From assembly GCF_009914755.1 (NCBI RefSeq), contig NC_060934.1: a stretch of DNA of 64,000 nt. One strand, given 5' to 3'. Position numbers and translations under genes: made by a program. Source of the DNA: the human T2T-CHM13v2.0 reference genome, Homo sapiens. The notes under the pieces are model-generated. The model was given only the letters and a program-made list of their open reading frames with translations. It did not search any database and was not told where the DNA came from. The first letter of the stretch is position 1. Each line of letters starts with the position of its first letter. Positions 13,351 to 31,668 of the stretch are shown here, piece after piece.

Positions 13351-13457
13351 AATGAAGAGGTGTTGAAGAGATGTGCGCAGGAGTACCTGTCCCGGGTGAA
13401 GAAGGAGGAGCAGAGGTACCAGGCCCTGAAGGTGCACGCGGAGGAGAAACTGGACAG
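13351..13457 (+). CDS. TACC2: TACC2 coding exon (NEEVLKRC...EEKLD-R), 107 nt, phase 0-2
   Basis: gtcag|AAT acceptor, AG|gtaaca donor; conserved TACC motif [13 protein letters not shown]. Confidence 0.97.
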
Positions 13458-13844
13458 GTAACATTTAGCCACTGGGGGTGGCTCCCAGGGGCCTCCCAGC
13501 AGCCCTTTTACCCAGGCAGGCTGGGACCTCTGGCAGCGCCTGTGACATTGGCTTGGAAAGGGGGCATCATCCAAGTGTGTGTTTCAATAAGACTCGAGAG
13601 AAGGCACACAGTTAGCATCATTTAATCAGTGGAGGATGCGTGTTGCAATGTCCAGGGTGCCCCGGCACCTTGGTCTCATGGCAATGGAATTGGGTTTGGT
13701 GTTCTCATGGGCTCCTGTGCTCCAGCTCCAGTTGGTGGCAGCTGGGGCCAGACCAGGCCACTCTCCCTGCCTGGACCTGGGAAGCAGGAGGTGTCTCTAG
13801 TGATCCACAAAAGAGTGATAATTCTGAGCTCCCTGTCTCCGCAG

Positions 13845-13965
13845 GGCCAATGCTGAGATTGCTCAGGTTCGAGGCAAGGCCCAGCAGGAGCAAGCCGCCC
13901 ACCAGGCCAGCCTGCGGAAGGAGCAGCTGCGAGTGGACGCCCTGGAAAGGACGCTGGAGCAGAAG
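13845..13965 (+). CDS. TACC2: TACC2 coding exon (ANAEIAQVR...LEQK), 121 nt, phase 2-0
   Basis: ccgcag|G acceptor, AAG|gtaata donor; in frame. Confidence 0.97.
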
Positions 13966-15210
13966 GTAATAGGGGAGGGGTGTGGCCTCCAGGTGGGCCG
14001 GGCTGCTGCTCTCTGTGCTGCTGGCCAGTCCAGCTAGACAGGCTGGCCTTCCCTGGCCACTGCTGCTCCTGAAGACGAATTCATGCTTCATGAGCATACC
14101 CTTGGTTCCTTCTAGAAGTTCCAATTTCATGCCAGCCCTAAGACCAGCTTCCTTTCCACCGTTCCTGGAACTGCAGCCTGCATGTGTGTTTACTGCCATT
14201 TTCATTCCTTTTCAACATTCGTTTATTTGTTGGATATTTATTAAGTGCCTACAATGTGTTAGGCGTAGCCCTTGAACCTCTGCATCCGGCATGCTTACTG
14301 GGTGAGTGGATGGGGTGCCCACCAGGCCCTGGCAGTGGTGGCCAGCTGATGCAGAACATGAGCAGTGTCAGGGCTGGAAGGGCGCCCAGGTGGCCTCTAA
14401 TTCCAGGGACAGGGGTGATCTTCCCGAGGACACTGAGCTTGTGCGCAGGTTTCCTCCTTTTGGATCTGGCACCCCTCCATCCACTGTGAGCACTGTCTCC
14501 CTGGGTGTCCAGATAAGAAGCTCCCTCAGCCCAGGAGGGCCCTCTGAGCGTTGGGCTGTTGAGACTGCGTGTGTGTGAGTGAGGGCCAGCCTCCCTCCTT
14601 GGATGTGTTTCTCAAGGAGAGGATTTCCAGATGTGCAGCCTCCTTCCAGTCAATTTCCTGAGCCTTGGGGTTCCCCTGCGTAGTCATCCACGAGCCCAGC
14701 AGCCTGGGTTGGCAGCACAATTTTTGCATTTTGGGCCTTGATAGGCAGTGATGGGGCATCCTTTGTTGGCATCAGAAATCCATGTGCCTCCCGAGTGGCC
14801 TCTACTACCGCAGGAGCACCCAGCCAGCCCCAGGGGATTGGCCGTCCTCCTTTGCCCACTGTGGTTGGTGGTGGTCTCTAGGGGCATTTGGGCCAAGCAG
14901 TGGTGATCTCTGCCCTGGGCAGGTGCCAGTCCTCACTCCACCTAAGTAATGTTGGGGAAGGAGCCCTGGGGAGCAAGAAATGGGGCTCCTGTCCCCACTG
15001 CACCATCTGTCATGGCCCTGGGCAAGCCTCGCACCCCACCTCAGTGTCTAGGTTCCATCTAGCCCTGAAAATTAGAAGCCTGTATCGTTGGGCAGATGGA
15101 TTTCCCTGAGGTCCATATCTGATACTCACCCAGTCTCCACTAGGCCCTGTGCCCTATTGGATGTTCCTGGTTATCCAGAATTTATTCATATTACAGATCA
15201 TTATTTTCAT

Positions 15211-15510
15211 TCTTTTTTTTTTTTTTTTTTTTTTTTTGAGGCAGGGTCTTATTCTGTTGCCCAGGCTGGAGTGCAGTGGTGCAGTCATGGCTCACTGCAG
15301 CCTCAACCACCTGGGCTCAAGTGATCCTCCTGCCTCAGCCTCCTGAGTAGCTGAGACCACAGGCATGTGCCCCCTACCAGGCTAATTTTTTTAATTTTTG
15401 TTTTCGTAGAGATGGGGTCTCACTTTGTTGCCCAGGCTGGTCTTAAACTTCTGGGCTCAAGCAGTCCTCCTGTCTCAGCCTCCCAAAGTGCTGGGATTAT
15501 AGGTGTGACA
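15211..15510 (-). mobile_element. AluJ-type SINE
   Basis: poly-T followed by reverse Alu with AluJ-type ggctcaagtgatcctcc. Confidence 0.88.
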
Positions 15511-15852
15511 TTAATTTAATTTTTTACCTTTCTTCTTAGGATGAAAAAGACAGATGGCTACTAGACAGTTTTAATATCAAAATTGCATTAGAAAATAGTT
15601 TGGAATATGCATATGTTCAACTACCTGTTTTGTAGGCTCTGATGATTGTTCTTAGCAGTATCCTCAGAACGACATATGCGGTCACAACTGTCAAGTGCAA
15701 GTTTTTGCTCACTCACCCAGTATTTATTGAGCATCATTATGGTTTTAGTGTTGAGTGTGCATTTTCTATTCCTTGTCTCTTGATAATCTATGTATGGCAT
15801 ATTTGGTGACTTGAAAAATGGAATGTTTCATTAAAATAAAGATCATACTAGA

Positions 15853-16030
15853 AGCCAGGCATGTTGGCATGCGACTGTGGTCCCAGCTATTCGGGAGGCT
15901 AAGGTGGGAGGACTGCTGGAGCCCAGAAGTTCGAGGCTGTAGTGCACTGTGATTGTGCCTGTAAGTAGCCAGCTGCATTGCAGCCTGGGCAACACAGCAA
16001 GACCCCGTCTCTAAAATAAAGAAATAAAAA
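15853..16030 (+). mobile_element. FAM-like fossil Alu monomer
   Basis: single monomer with cctgtaagtagcca segment; TSD-like aaataaagatcatact / aaataaaaaccatact. Confidence 0.75.
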
Positions 16031-16778
16031 CCATACTTCACAGTCATTTTGGCTATTGTAGCAGTTGAACATACAATGTTTCTTGGTGAGAAATGTAGCA
16101 ATGTGTGTGTTTGAGATGGTTCCCCCATTTCCATCAGGGTTTGATGGTGTTTAAATTGCATTATCTTAAACTGAACTTCCAGAGGAATGAACAAATCACA
16201 CAGGTTCTTCCCTGAAAGACCTGAGTGATATCTAGGGGATAGTCCCATCTTAAAGAGATTCAGAAACATGATTCACCCAGACAATTCTTGAATGGAGGCG
16301 CTGGGCATTTCGCCCAATCAGCGCTCTGTAAAGGCTTTTGCTCCATGAGCTGAGCTTTATGATGAGGCAGTTTGCTTAGTGGTGGCTGATGACGCCAAGA
16401 GAGAGCTTGGAAAACCTCCGGGAATCACTTTCTAACGGGTCTGCTGATGCCTCTTAGCCATCAGTCACTGTACATAACGTTGTTTAACAGTTATAATGGC
16501 AAAGCCATATAGGAGCTGGGGCAACCTGAATTTGTGTTCCAGGCTTGCCACATCTGACTGGCTGTGTGACCTTATACACAACCCTTAACTTCTCTGAGCC
16601 TCCATTTCCTCACTGAAAAATGAGGATAATACTGGCTTCCTTGAAGGCACTATTGAGGGAACCAGGGGAGGCCAGAGTGCCTGGGATGTCTTCAGCATGG
16701 TGAGCAGCTCACGGTGGGCACTCCAATAAGATGGAAGATCACCGTTAGCAGCCCCAGCAGGGGCCATAGTGGCAATGA

Positions 16779-17183
<405 letters not shown>

Positions 17184-18290
17184 TGACCTCAGATGCAAAT
17201 TTGAGCCAGGAGGTGGGCCAGGGTTCTGTTTGAGGCAGGCTTCTCCCACAGTGGGGACTGCTGCTGGGAAGGACTGGAACTTCCCCTCCACTGAGGAGAG
17301 CCACTTCCTCCCAGCACTGACACAATGATGAATGACACCAGGAGTTCTAACCTAGAAACAGAGGGCACGTGGCTCTGGGCTGGAACATGTCTCAGGAGTT
17401 CTGAGGTTTTCAGGGAAGGGCTCTGCACAGCCTCAGGGACAGGCTTTTGGTGAAGACTGATCTTCCATGGGAATCTCAAGGAAAAGCTGGCTGCAAAACA
17501 TCCCCAGTATGCTGGAGGGATCCAGCCCCCTTGGAGAAGGCCATTGGAGATCGGTCGTGCTGTTGAACTTGATCAGCATCAGAGCCAGCATGTAACCTAT
17601 CTGAAAGCAAAGCCACACGTCCATGATGGAGGGATCGTCCCGTTGGATCCCCTCACTTTCTGAGAAGATGGACAGTGTAGGATCATCTGTGCTAGACAAA
17701 CCTGTGGTTGGTTCCCCTTGATTAGACAGGCAAGGTGTGGTGGGAGAATCACCTTAAAGCCAGCTCGCATCTGCCCCCCACCCCCCATGACCCTGTAGCC
17801 ACAGCATCACCTATTTGGCATCCCTCTGAGCAATGCCAGTGATCCCATTCACGTAGAACTGCGTAACCCTCCTTATGCTACATCTCAAAAAAGCCACCGA
17901 GGGGTTTACCCCAGACGCTCCTCACCTCAGATCACATCCTTCCCGGGCAAATAAAGGGAAAGGAACCAGACTAGTTAGTCCTTCACTCTGTGCTGGTCAC
18001 TGCCAGGAAACTACATTTATCACCTCATTTACTTCTCAGAAAGAAACATGTTATCACCTATGTTCTAGAGATAAGGACACCAAGGCTCAGAGAGGTTGTG
18101 TAACTTGTGGAAGATCACACAGCTACAGCTGGGATATATACTCAGATTGTTTGGCTCCAAGTCATTTGTCTCACTGCTTTAGTGGGGACCAAGGGGCCTG
18201 GTGGTCCCCCATCTCCCCAAAAAGCCCCATGAGCATTCTGACTGGCCAGATTTCAAACATCAGCAACTTCTTCCTTGTCTTCACTTGCAG

Positions 18291-18356
18291 AATAAAGAAA
18301 TAGAAGAACTCACCAAGATTTGTGACGAACTGATTGCCAAAATGGGGAAAAGCTAA
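18291..18356 (+). CDS. TACC2: TACC2 terminal coding exon portion (NKEIEELTKICDELIAKMGKS*)
   Basis: ttgcag|AAT acceptor; TACC C-terminal motif ELTKICDELI; TAA at 18354-18356. Confidence 0.97.
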   Translation, partial: NKEIEELTKICDELIAKMGKS

Positions 18357-18842
18357 CTCTGAACCGAATGTTTTGGACTTAACTGTTGCGTGCAATATGA
18401 CCGTCGGCACACTGCTGTTCCTCCAGTTCCATGGACAGGTTCTGTTTTCACTTTTTCGTATGCACTACTGTATTTCCTTTCTAAATAAAATTGATTTGAT
18501 TGTATGCAGTACTAAGGAGACTATCAGAATTTCTTGCTATTGGTTTGCATTTTCCTAGTATAATTCATAGCAAGTTGACCTCAGAGTTCCTGTATCAGGG
18601 AGATTGTCTGATTCTCTAATAAAAGACACATTGCTGACCTTGGCCTTGCCCTTTGTACACAAGTTCCCAGGGTGAGCAGCTTTTGGATTTAATATGAACA
18701 TGTACAGCGTGCATAGGGACTCTTGCCTTAAGGAGTGTAAACTTGATCTGCATTTGCTGATTTGTTTTTAAAAAAACAAGAAATGCATGTTTCAAATAAA
18801 ATTCTCTATTGTAAATAAAATTTTTTCTTTGGATCTTGGCAA
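18357..18842 (+). other. TACC2: TACC2 3'UTR (end approximate)
   Basis: AU-rich sequence after the stop; AATAAA at 18484, 18618, 18795, 18814. Confidence 0.85.
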
Positions 18843-18870
18843 TAAGTGTGCCTCGAATTTATTTTCTGGG
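18795..18870 (+). terminator. Main TACC2 polyadenylation region (tandem AATAAA 18795/18814, GU/U-rich downstream element)
   Basis: two AATAAA 19 nt apart, upstream TGTA motifs, downstream gtgtg/tttattttct. Confidence 0.8.
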
Positions 18871-19389
18871 AAGGGTTGAGTCTTTTCTCACCTTTGTCAA
18901 ATACCAGATTTGGCTTCGTGCTCTTCTCTGTCTGGGCTCATTTCTTTGTCCATAGACTTAAATAATATTTCCTTTGTTATCGTGGCTGCATTTGTAGGAT
19001 GAAGCTAATGAGAAATACTGACTTTCTACTTAAATAATTAAGTGGAAATTAATTAATCTCAGCACTGGATTAGCTGAGATTTGGTTTTTACAAAGCCTCA
19101 TGACTTTAGGAAGCAAATCTATTTCATTTTATTGAGTCAAGGAAGTAACAGACTGCCACTCTTTCTGTTCAATCCTTTAGTGTTTGAAGGTCAACCTGAA
19201 ACCCCCATTCCCCTCTAAAGAAAGCACTGGGAAAGGGTGCACAATTGCCAGTGGCCGGCAGGTAATTAGGGCACTTTGGAGATTAAACTAGCAGTGTGCC
19301 TGGCCTGAGATCGCTTCATTGCTGCCGACTTGCTCAGGGTTCCCAGGTTGAAGGGTGGGTGGATGAGGGGAGTCGGGGGTGGAAAGGTG

Positions 19390-19820
19390 TGATCATTTCC
19401 TAGGGCTGCCATTAACAAATCACTGCAGACATCTGCAGCTTCAAACAGCAAAATTTATTCTCAGTTCTGGAAGGCCGAATCCAAAATCAAAGTATCAGTG
19501 GGGTTAGTTCCCCCAAGAGGCTCTGTGGGAGTCTGTCCCATGCCTCTTCCAGCAACTGGTAGCTGCTGGCTCTCCTTGGCGTCCCTTGGCGTGTAGCCTC
19601 AGCACCCCAGTCTCTGCCTCTGTCTTCACGTGACCTTCTCACTGCGTTTGAGATTTCCCTCCTTTCTTATAAGAACACCAGCATTGGATTTAGGCCCTCC
19701 CCCATCAAGGATGATCTTAGCTCGAGATCCTCAGTTACATCTGCAAAGACCCTGTTTCCAAATAAGGTCGCATTCACAGGTAGGAAGGATTAGGATGTAG
19801 TCATATCTTTTTGGGTACAT
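19390..19820. mobile_element. MLT1-type MaLR LTR
   Basis: tttcctagggctgcc...aaatttattctcagttctgga...ttacatctgcaaagaccctgtttccaaataaggtc. Confidence 0.8.
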
Positions 19821-20945
19821 GTGTGTCAATGGGATGTGTGGTATGGGCTGTAAACTTGGAAGGCAGATGAGAGCCCCTGATGGCCCAGAGCTTGACTGTC
19901 CCTCTTTCTGCCTCGGCACGGTGGCTACGGGCAACTCCTCTCACAGTAGGACAACCCCCACCCATAACAGGACAGGCCTTAGGCAGCCTCAGCTTTTCGG
20001 GGACAGGGTGGGGTGTTTTCTGTGATTTATAAGGTGGATGAATTTCGGCTGTGCCAGACAGCTCCAAGGAGAGAGGACTGCACATGTGCTGTTGGCCTGG
20101 CAGCCTGCTCCGGGTTGGGGGGCGGGGGGGCAGGATGCGCGGCGTCTTTTATGCTCTGAGATCCTTTGTTTTCTTTCTGCTACACTTTCGAAATCCATCC
20201 AGCAGAGCCTGCCTCTGGTGCCACTGAGACCCTCACCTGCCAGGCAACCTAAGCCAGGGTAGGGAACTGCCTCCTTCCCACTGCCAGCATCCTTTGCTTG
20301 GTCCAGCCTCCTGGTCACAGCATGTTCCAGGGCCCAGCCATGACCCCTTACCCAGGTGCTCGCTTCTCAAGGCCAAATCCCTGCTCTGCCCTCGCTCTGG
20401 ATTCTGACCTCGACTGCATTCTCAGAAATGCCCAGCTTGCATCTCTTGGAAACTTCTTTCTCATTAAGTAAAACATTTCCATTGTGAAAAAATCAGAAAA
20501 CAGGTAAGAAAAAAAGCTTATAACCCCCAAACTAAGAAACTGTTAATGTTTGTCTGTATGTTTAATGGCCTTTTTCTCCATCTGTAAAATATGTTATTTG
20601 TTATTTGTATTTTTAAAAGTGCCACCCGTACCACCCTGTGCAGCCACCTGTGGTGGTCCTGCATACAGTTTTGGAGACTTTTTTCACCTGATACTATAAT
20701 GTGACCATCATGTTATGGTAAACTTTTTATATCAATAAATATAGCCCTTCATCATTTTGAACGCTGCATAACATTCCATGCACCAAAATGTGTTTAACCA
20801 ACCCTCACCCCGGTACTGATGAGCGTTTATATTGTGTCCATGTTTCTCTATCATTATGCATGCCACATGAGTGTCCTTACATATATTTATGAATGTGAGT
20901 ATTCTTTAGGTCAAATTCCTAAGAGTGCATCACCTGGGTTAAAGA

Positions 20946-21628
20946 TGTCACTGCACTCCAGCCAGAGACCACTGGGACCTGCGGCTGAGCAAGTTGGGTT
21001 TATTGCTTGTTGCAAAAGTGAGCCAGGGCACACTCCAGAGGAAGCTCTGAGCATCTCAGTTGGAGGCTCTTAGGAAGGCTGTAGGCATAGGATTCGGACT
21101 TGGGTTAGTCATTGCAGGGAGGATTGCAGGAAGCTGGGCAATTCTAAGACTGGGTGCCTCGATAAATCTGACCTACAAGAAGACAGGACTCGGGGGAGGG
21201 GGGAGGGATAGAATTAGGAGATATACGTAATGCTAAATGATGAGTTAATGGGTGCAGCACACCAACATGGCACATGTATACATATGTAACAAACCTGCAC
21301 GTTGTGCACATGTACCCTAAAACTTAAAGTATAATAATAGTAAAATTAAAAAAAAAAAAAGGACTAGAGTAAGATAAAGCTGCAACTGGTAAAGAAGCAA
21401 CAGTCATACATATTAGCCAGGATTGAGAGATAGTTGGTCCTGCTGTGGTTTGGATGATGTCCCATGTGGGTGCAGACATTTGTGGAGTGGGCTGGTTCTT
21501 GTTTTTTAATTCACTGCAGTCCAAGTGGCCTGTCTGGTGCTGATGTTTTGTGAAATGGGTTATGGCCTCGCCCCAGCCATGAGTGCCAGGTCAGCTCCTG
21601 CATGCCACGGCTGCTTTTCTCTTTCTCA
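20946..21628 (-). mobile_element. Solo LTR (ERV-type, family uncertain) inside an old L1M, interrupted by an L1PA
   Basis: TG...CA termini; tttattg poly(A) signal in reverse; both flanks are continuous L1M-like sequence. Confidence 0.65.
21192..21360 (+). mobile_element. 5'-truncated young L1PA (approx. PA3-PA5) 3' end with poly-A
   Basis: ggggagggggga...gggtgcagcacaccaacatggcacatgtatac...ttaaagtataataa + A-tail; aggact on both flanks. Confidence 0.92.
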
Positions 21629-23799
21629 AAGGGTTTGCACATTTTTAAAGTTTGCGAAGCTCATTGCCAAATAGCCTTCCTCTAAGGTTGTACTGATACA
21701 TGGCCCTTCCCTCTGCTCTCAGTAGTCTGTACATTTTGGGGTATGTGATCCAGCCACTGGGCTGCACTCTCTCTACCTGTCAGCCCAGCCTAGCGAGGAG
21801 GAGGGAAGAGACATCCAGAATAGTAGTTGGAGTAAATAGTATAACTGACTATGAGAAAATGTTTATTGTTTTCCCTCCATGCTCTGATTTCACTTGTTCT
21901 CAACTGATTTGTTGGGCTGTCTACAAAGCCTGCAGTGAAAGAACATTTCTACTTGCTGTTGCAGGTAAGTATCTGAACTGAAGAGACCCTGCCTGACTGC
22001 CATCCAAATTATAGTGCCCAGAGCAGATGAACTCAGGGAAGCAGTCAATTCCCCGGCAGAATTGTGTCTTACCAGAGCTTATGTCTCTCTAGGTAAGTGT
22101 AACTCAGACTGAGAAGCAAGTGGCCCCAGAATATAATGGATCATTCCTGCCGCCGGAGACCTATGTTATGGCTCTAACAACGCCCATCTTGTGCAACTAC
22201 TATGAAGATTAGAGAAAATGATTGCAGCTGCTGGGCAGGTGGTAAAGCTTAATCAATGGTGGAGATGATCATGACAATGAAGATTACAGGGACTTCGCGA
22301 AGAAGTGGTAAGGGCCTTTGTGACCTGGGGCCCTGGAGAAGTGGGGCAGCTCTCTTGGCCCCGAGGGGTTTGGCCAGGCCTGCCTCATGTCCTGGGGGCA
22401 GGGGCCAAGCTATAGAAAGACTCCTCCATAGGGAGAGGGGTTTGCCTCAGTCCTCCTCCTCCCCAGGGGCTGCATGTAGGTGCCTTTGTGGATGGAGACG
22501 TGGAGGTTGGATCAAGCTTGCACTGTGTGCAATTATAGCCCACACAAACGAATGGAAAACTAAATCCCAGAATCCGAGGCTTGGCCTCAGGCCCACCTCC
22601 ATGCTTGGCTGCCTCGCTACCCCAGCATCACCCAGGCTGCGGCTCCGTCCCTGGGATGCTCGGGAAGTGGCGCGCATCAGCTCACCCATCGTTTGTTAGC
22701 ACGCTTTGCAGTGGGCCCTGAGCAGTGTACGTTTCTATTCAACTGGCTTCTCATTTGAAACCCTAAAGGGCTGTGTCAAGGCGAGCAGGGATATGAGATG
22801 GGGGACCCCCCCACGAGAGAGGGCTGGGGTGATGACTGCGCCCTCTTCCTCCTCCACTCCCCTGTGGGCGATCTGGCTGGAAGGTGGAGAGGAGAAAGCT
22901 CACCCCAGCGGCTAGAGGCTGCACCAGCCCCTGGTGAAGCACTGAGCTGTAGGATCTCAGCTCTGCCACCTTGTAACTGTGACGGGGGTAGGTCACACCG
23001 TCTCTGGGCCCACAGTGAGGATTCCTACTTAACCACAGGGCCATTGTGAGGGGTGCCTGGCCCCAGGACCCACATGGGCTCAGATGAGTCGCTTTTTCCC
23101 CTGCACTTACTTTCTCTCATGCACGTGTTCACCCTCGGGATGGCAGCTGAGAACTGTTTATGTTATTTTGCTTTGCTGAGTGGGAGCTCAAGAGCAGGCA
23201 CCTGACCCCATTTGAGGCTTCCCCCTTCCCCCGTACCCCAGCAGCTTTGGGATTCTCAGCATTCTTAAGAACTTTGGTTTGCTAAGTCAGCTGCAATCTT
23301 GAGCTTCTAACTTGTTTTTTCCTGGCTCAGCATTTCCTCGGGGCTCTCAAATTAAAGGTAGCTTTCTTGAGATACAAAGATTACCTTGTGAGGACAGGGA
23401 GTGGAAGTGAGTGGAGAGGGAGCTAGGAAAGAGGGGGGTGGGCACTGAGGATAGCAGGGCCGGGGCCAGGGGATCTTGGGGATTCCTTTTCTCAGCCCCT
23501 TGGGTGTAGATCTGAGGGGCCCAAGGGCCATGCCAGGGAACATCCCCCTGCAGACACCTCCCCATTCCAGGCTGCTGACCTGGGAGAGAGAAGCCATCAG
23601 TGCTGTGCGTGGGACAGGCGAGGGAGGTGACGGGGACAGAAAGAACTGCCTGGCTCACTGGCAATTGCTCCTTTCAACTACTTCTTGGCCCTGGTAAGGT
23701 GCTGAGGTTTCTTCCTTTTTTTTTTTTTTTTTTTTTTGTTTTGAAATGTGAATTTCAACATTTCAAATTACTGTTACTTTTAACATTGTCCTTTTTTTA

Positions 23800-28812
<5,013 letters not shown>

Positions 28813-29894
28813 GCAAAGCCTCTTTGTTTTCCACAATATTCTCACTAGAAAAAATTAAAGCAGGGTGGAGATGCATATGGGCAGGGTCAAAGTGTGTGTA
28901 TGCACAGGGATTGTTGGAAGGAGGAAAGATATTAACATTTGAGTACCCACAATGACTCACTCAAGTTAGTGCTATCTCTTTTTAGCTTTGAAATGATCTG
29001 GTGAATGAAAACTATTTTTATTTTACAAGGAGGAAACAGGCTCAGAGAAGTTAGAAGACTTGCTCAGGTCAATCAGGAAACAAGGCAGCCAGGATTCCAT
29101 CCCAGGTCTTGACAGAAAGGCCCACATCCTTTACAATCCCTGGAGAAGTGTTTTCTTTACAAGGAAGGTGGTGGGGAGATGAGGTACAGGGGTGAGGATG
29201 CTACCGAGCACATGTGGTGGGTCCTTACGTCCATTCTTTAGTCTAGTTGGTGGTGCTGCCTTCAAGTCTGGACTTGACTCCTCTATTGCATTTATGGACT
29301 GTAGAAAGCATCCTTCTTGTTCAATGGATGGAAGCGGCAGGGGGGCTCACCTAGGGTGTACATTGTTAGATGCGTTGGAGTGGCCTTCTTCTTCCTCATC
29401 TTGTTTGTTTCCCTTGGGTGGTCAGTGGACCAGTGGTACCTCCCCAGGTTGGTGGTGACCAGCCGGGCAGGGCTTCGGCGCTCTCAGGGCCGGACTCTCA
29501 ATGGCAGAATCTGGAGAGTTCACGGACTGTCTTTTGGGTTTATTTGAAAAAGCAACTTGGAGATCAAAAGAGATAGGACTAGATAAAACTCACACTCCTT
29601 GGCCTCTATGAGCCCTGGGATATCGAGCCGCTTCTCCCCTTCCTTCCTCCTTCCTCCTTCCTCCGTTCTCACCCTATACTGCAATCAGACTGCATGGGCC
29701 ATTCCTTCAGTGGCTCCTTATTTCTCCACTCCAGCCTAGCACACGCTGTTCTGTCTGCCTGAGACACTCACCCTTATCCCCATCATTTTGTCTCTCAGCT
29801 AACTTCTCTTCTGTTATGTCACTTCCTCCAGGGAGTCCTCCTTGAAGCCTTGGGCCTGGGTAAGTGTTTACAAATGTAGGTTTTATTATTATTT

Positions 29895-30420
29895 TGTTAT
29901 GATTGAGATATGGCGAGGCCAATAGATAAGGAGATAATTGCCTTTGAAAAGATAGTTTGTTACAATTCCCAAGAGGAGGGGGCATACCCCCACCACTGGG
30001 CACAGGGCACACAGGGAAGCAGTAGGGTTAGGAGGCAGAAAGGGTGAGGGGAAAACATGGGCAAGAGCCTTTATTGTGGATCCCATGGGAAGAAATGAGT
30101 GAAGCAGTGTAATCAGGTTTAGAATTGGTGAGTTTGAATAATTTCAGTGGGCTCTGGGATATAGGGATTGTCTCTCATCTGGTAGTACTTGGCCCTGGGT
30201 GATTAGGGCAAGTGGATAGTGACCCTGAGTTTGACAGCTTGATAAGGGAGGTGGTTGGGGAATAGGCTCTAGTTTAATTGGTTTGTATATGAAAGGCATG
30301 CTTGTAGGAGTCCTTTACTATCTCTAGGAATTATTAATAGCTAGCCCTGGGAGGGGCAGTCCCTCCAGGGTGAGCAAGGCCCCAGATGTCAAAGCCTCAG
30401 AATGAAAAAGCAGGTTAATG
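29895..30420 (-). mobile_element. ERVL-class LTR (MER68/MER77-like)
   Basis: ggcaagagcctttattgtgg...ggtttagaattggtgagtttgaataatttcagtgggctctgg. Confidence 0.65.
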
Positions 30421-31008
30421 CGGTCGACTGCCTCTCCTACGAATTCCTGCAGCTCACTGACTTAAATACACTGTGAGCCTTACAACGCAGACGTTAAACC
30501 TCCAAAAGTAAGGTGCCCAGGCACGGAAGGTGATTTTCAGGGGCAGCTCATGTATGACTTTTTTTAAGTTATGTAGTTATTTTAATGTATATTCCAAATA
30601 AACCAGCATACCAAATACTTTACTTCATTGATAAAATAAATTTAAGAACATCATAACAAAAATGTTATGTAAAAATGTAAGTCCAGTATTAAAGAACAAT
30701 TTTAAGCAAATAACATCAGAGGCTGTGAAGGTAGTGCACTTCCTTCTCTTTGTCCCCATTTTATCTCCAGCACCCAATACAATCTTGACACTCAGACCTT
30801 GTCTAAAGGAGTGAATGAGGCAGCCCTGGGCTAGCGGCATTGGCATCACCACACTCCAGAACATCTTGGAAAAGAGGATCAACAGTAGATGGAGCGGAGG
30901 AGTTGTTTTATCTGAACTTTTTTTGCAGATGAGAAAATAGGAAGCCAGAGCCAAAGAGAGGACTTCCTTGAGGTTCCACAGCAAGTTCATGGCCAGTTCT
31001 GACCCAAT

Positions 31009-31668
<660 letters not shown>

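Noticed and set aside
12774-14205. Long minus-strand ORFs 12774..13292 and 13705..14205
   Set aside because: Antisense shadows of GC-rich TACC2 coding exons.
15853-16030. Possible 7SL RNA gene or pseudogene
   Set aside because: Lacks the SRP S-domain; fits a fossil Alu monomer with A-tail and TSD.
18291-18296. AATAAA at the first bases of the last TACC2 exon
   Set aside because: It encodes Asn-Lys and has no suitable downstream GU-rich element; likely coincidental.
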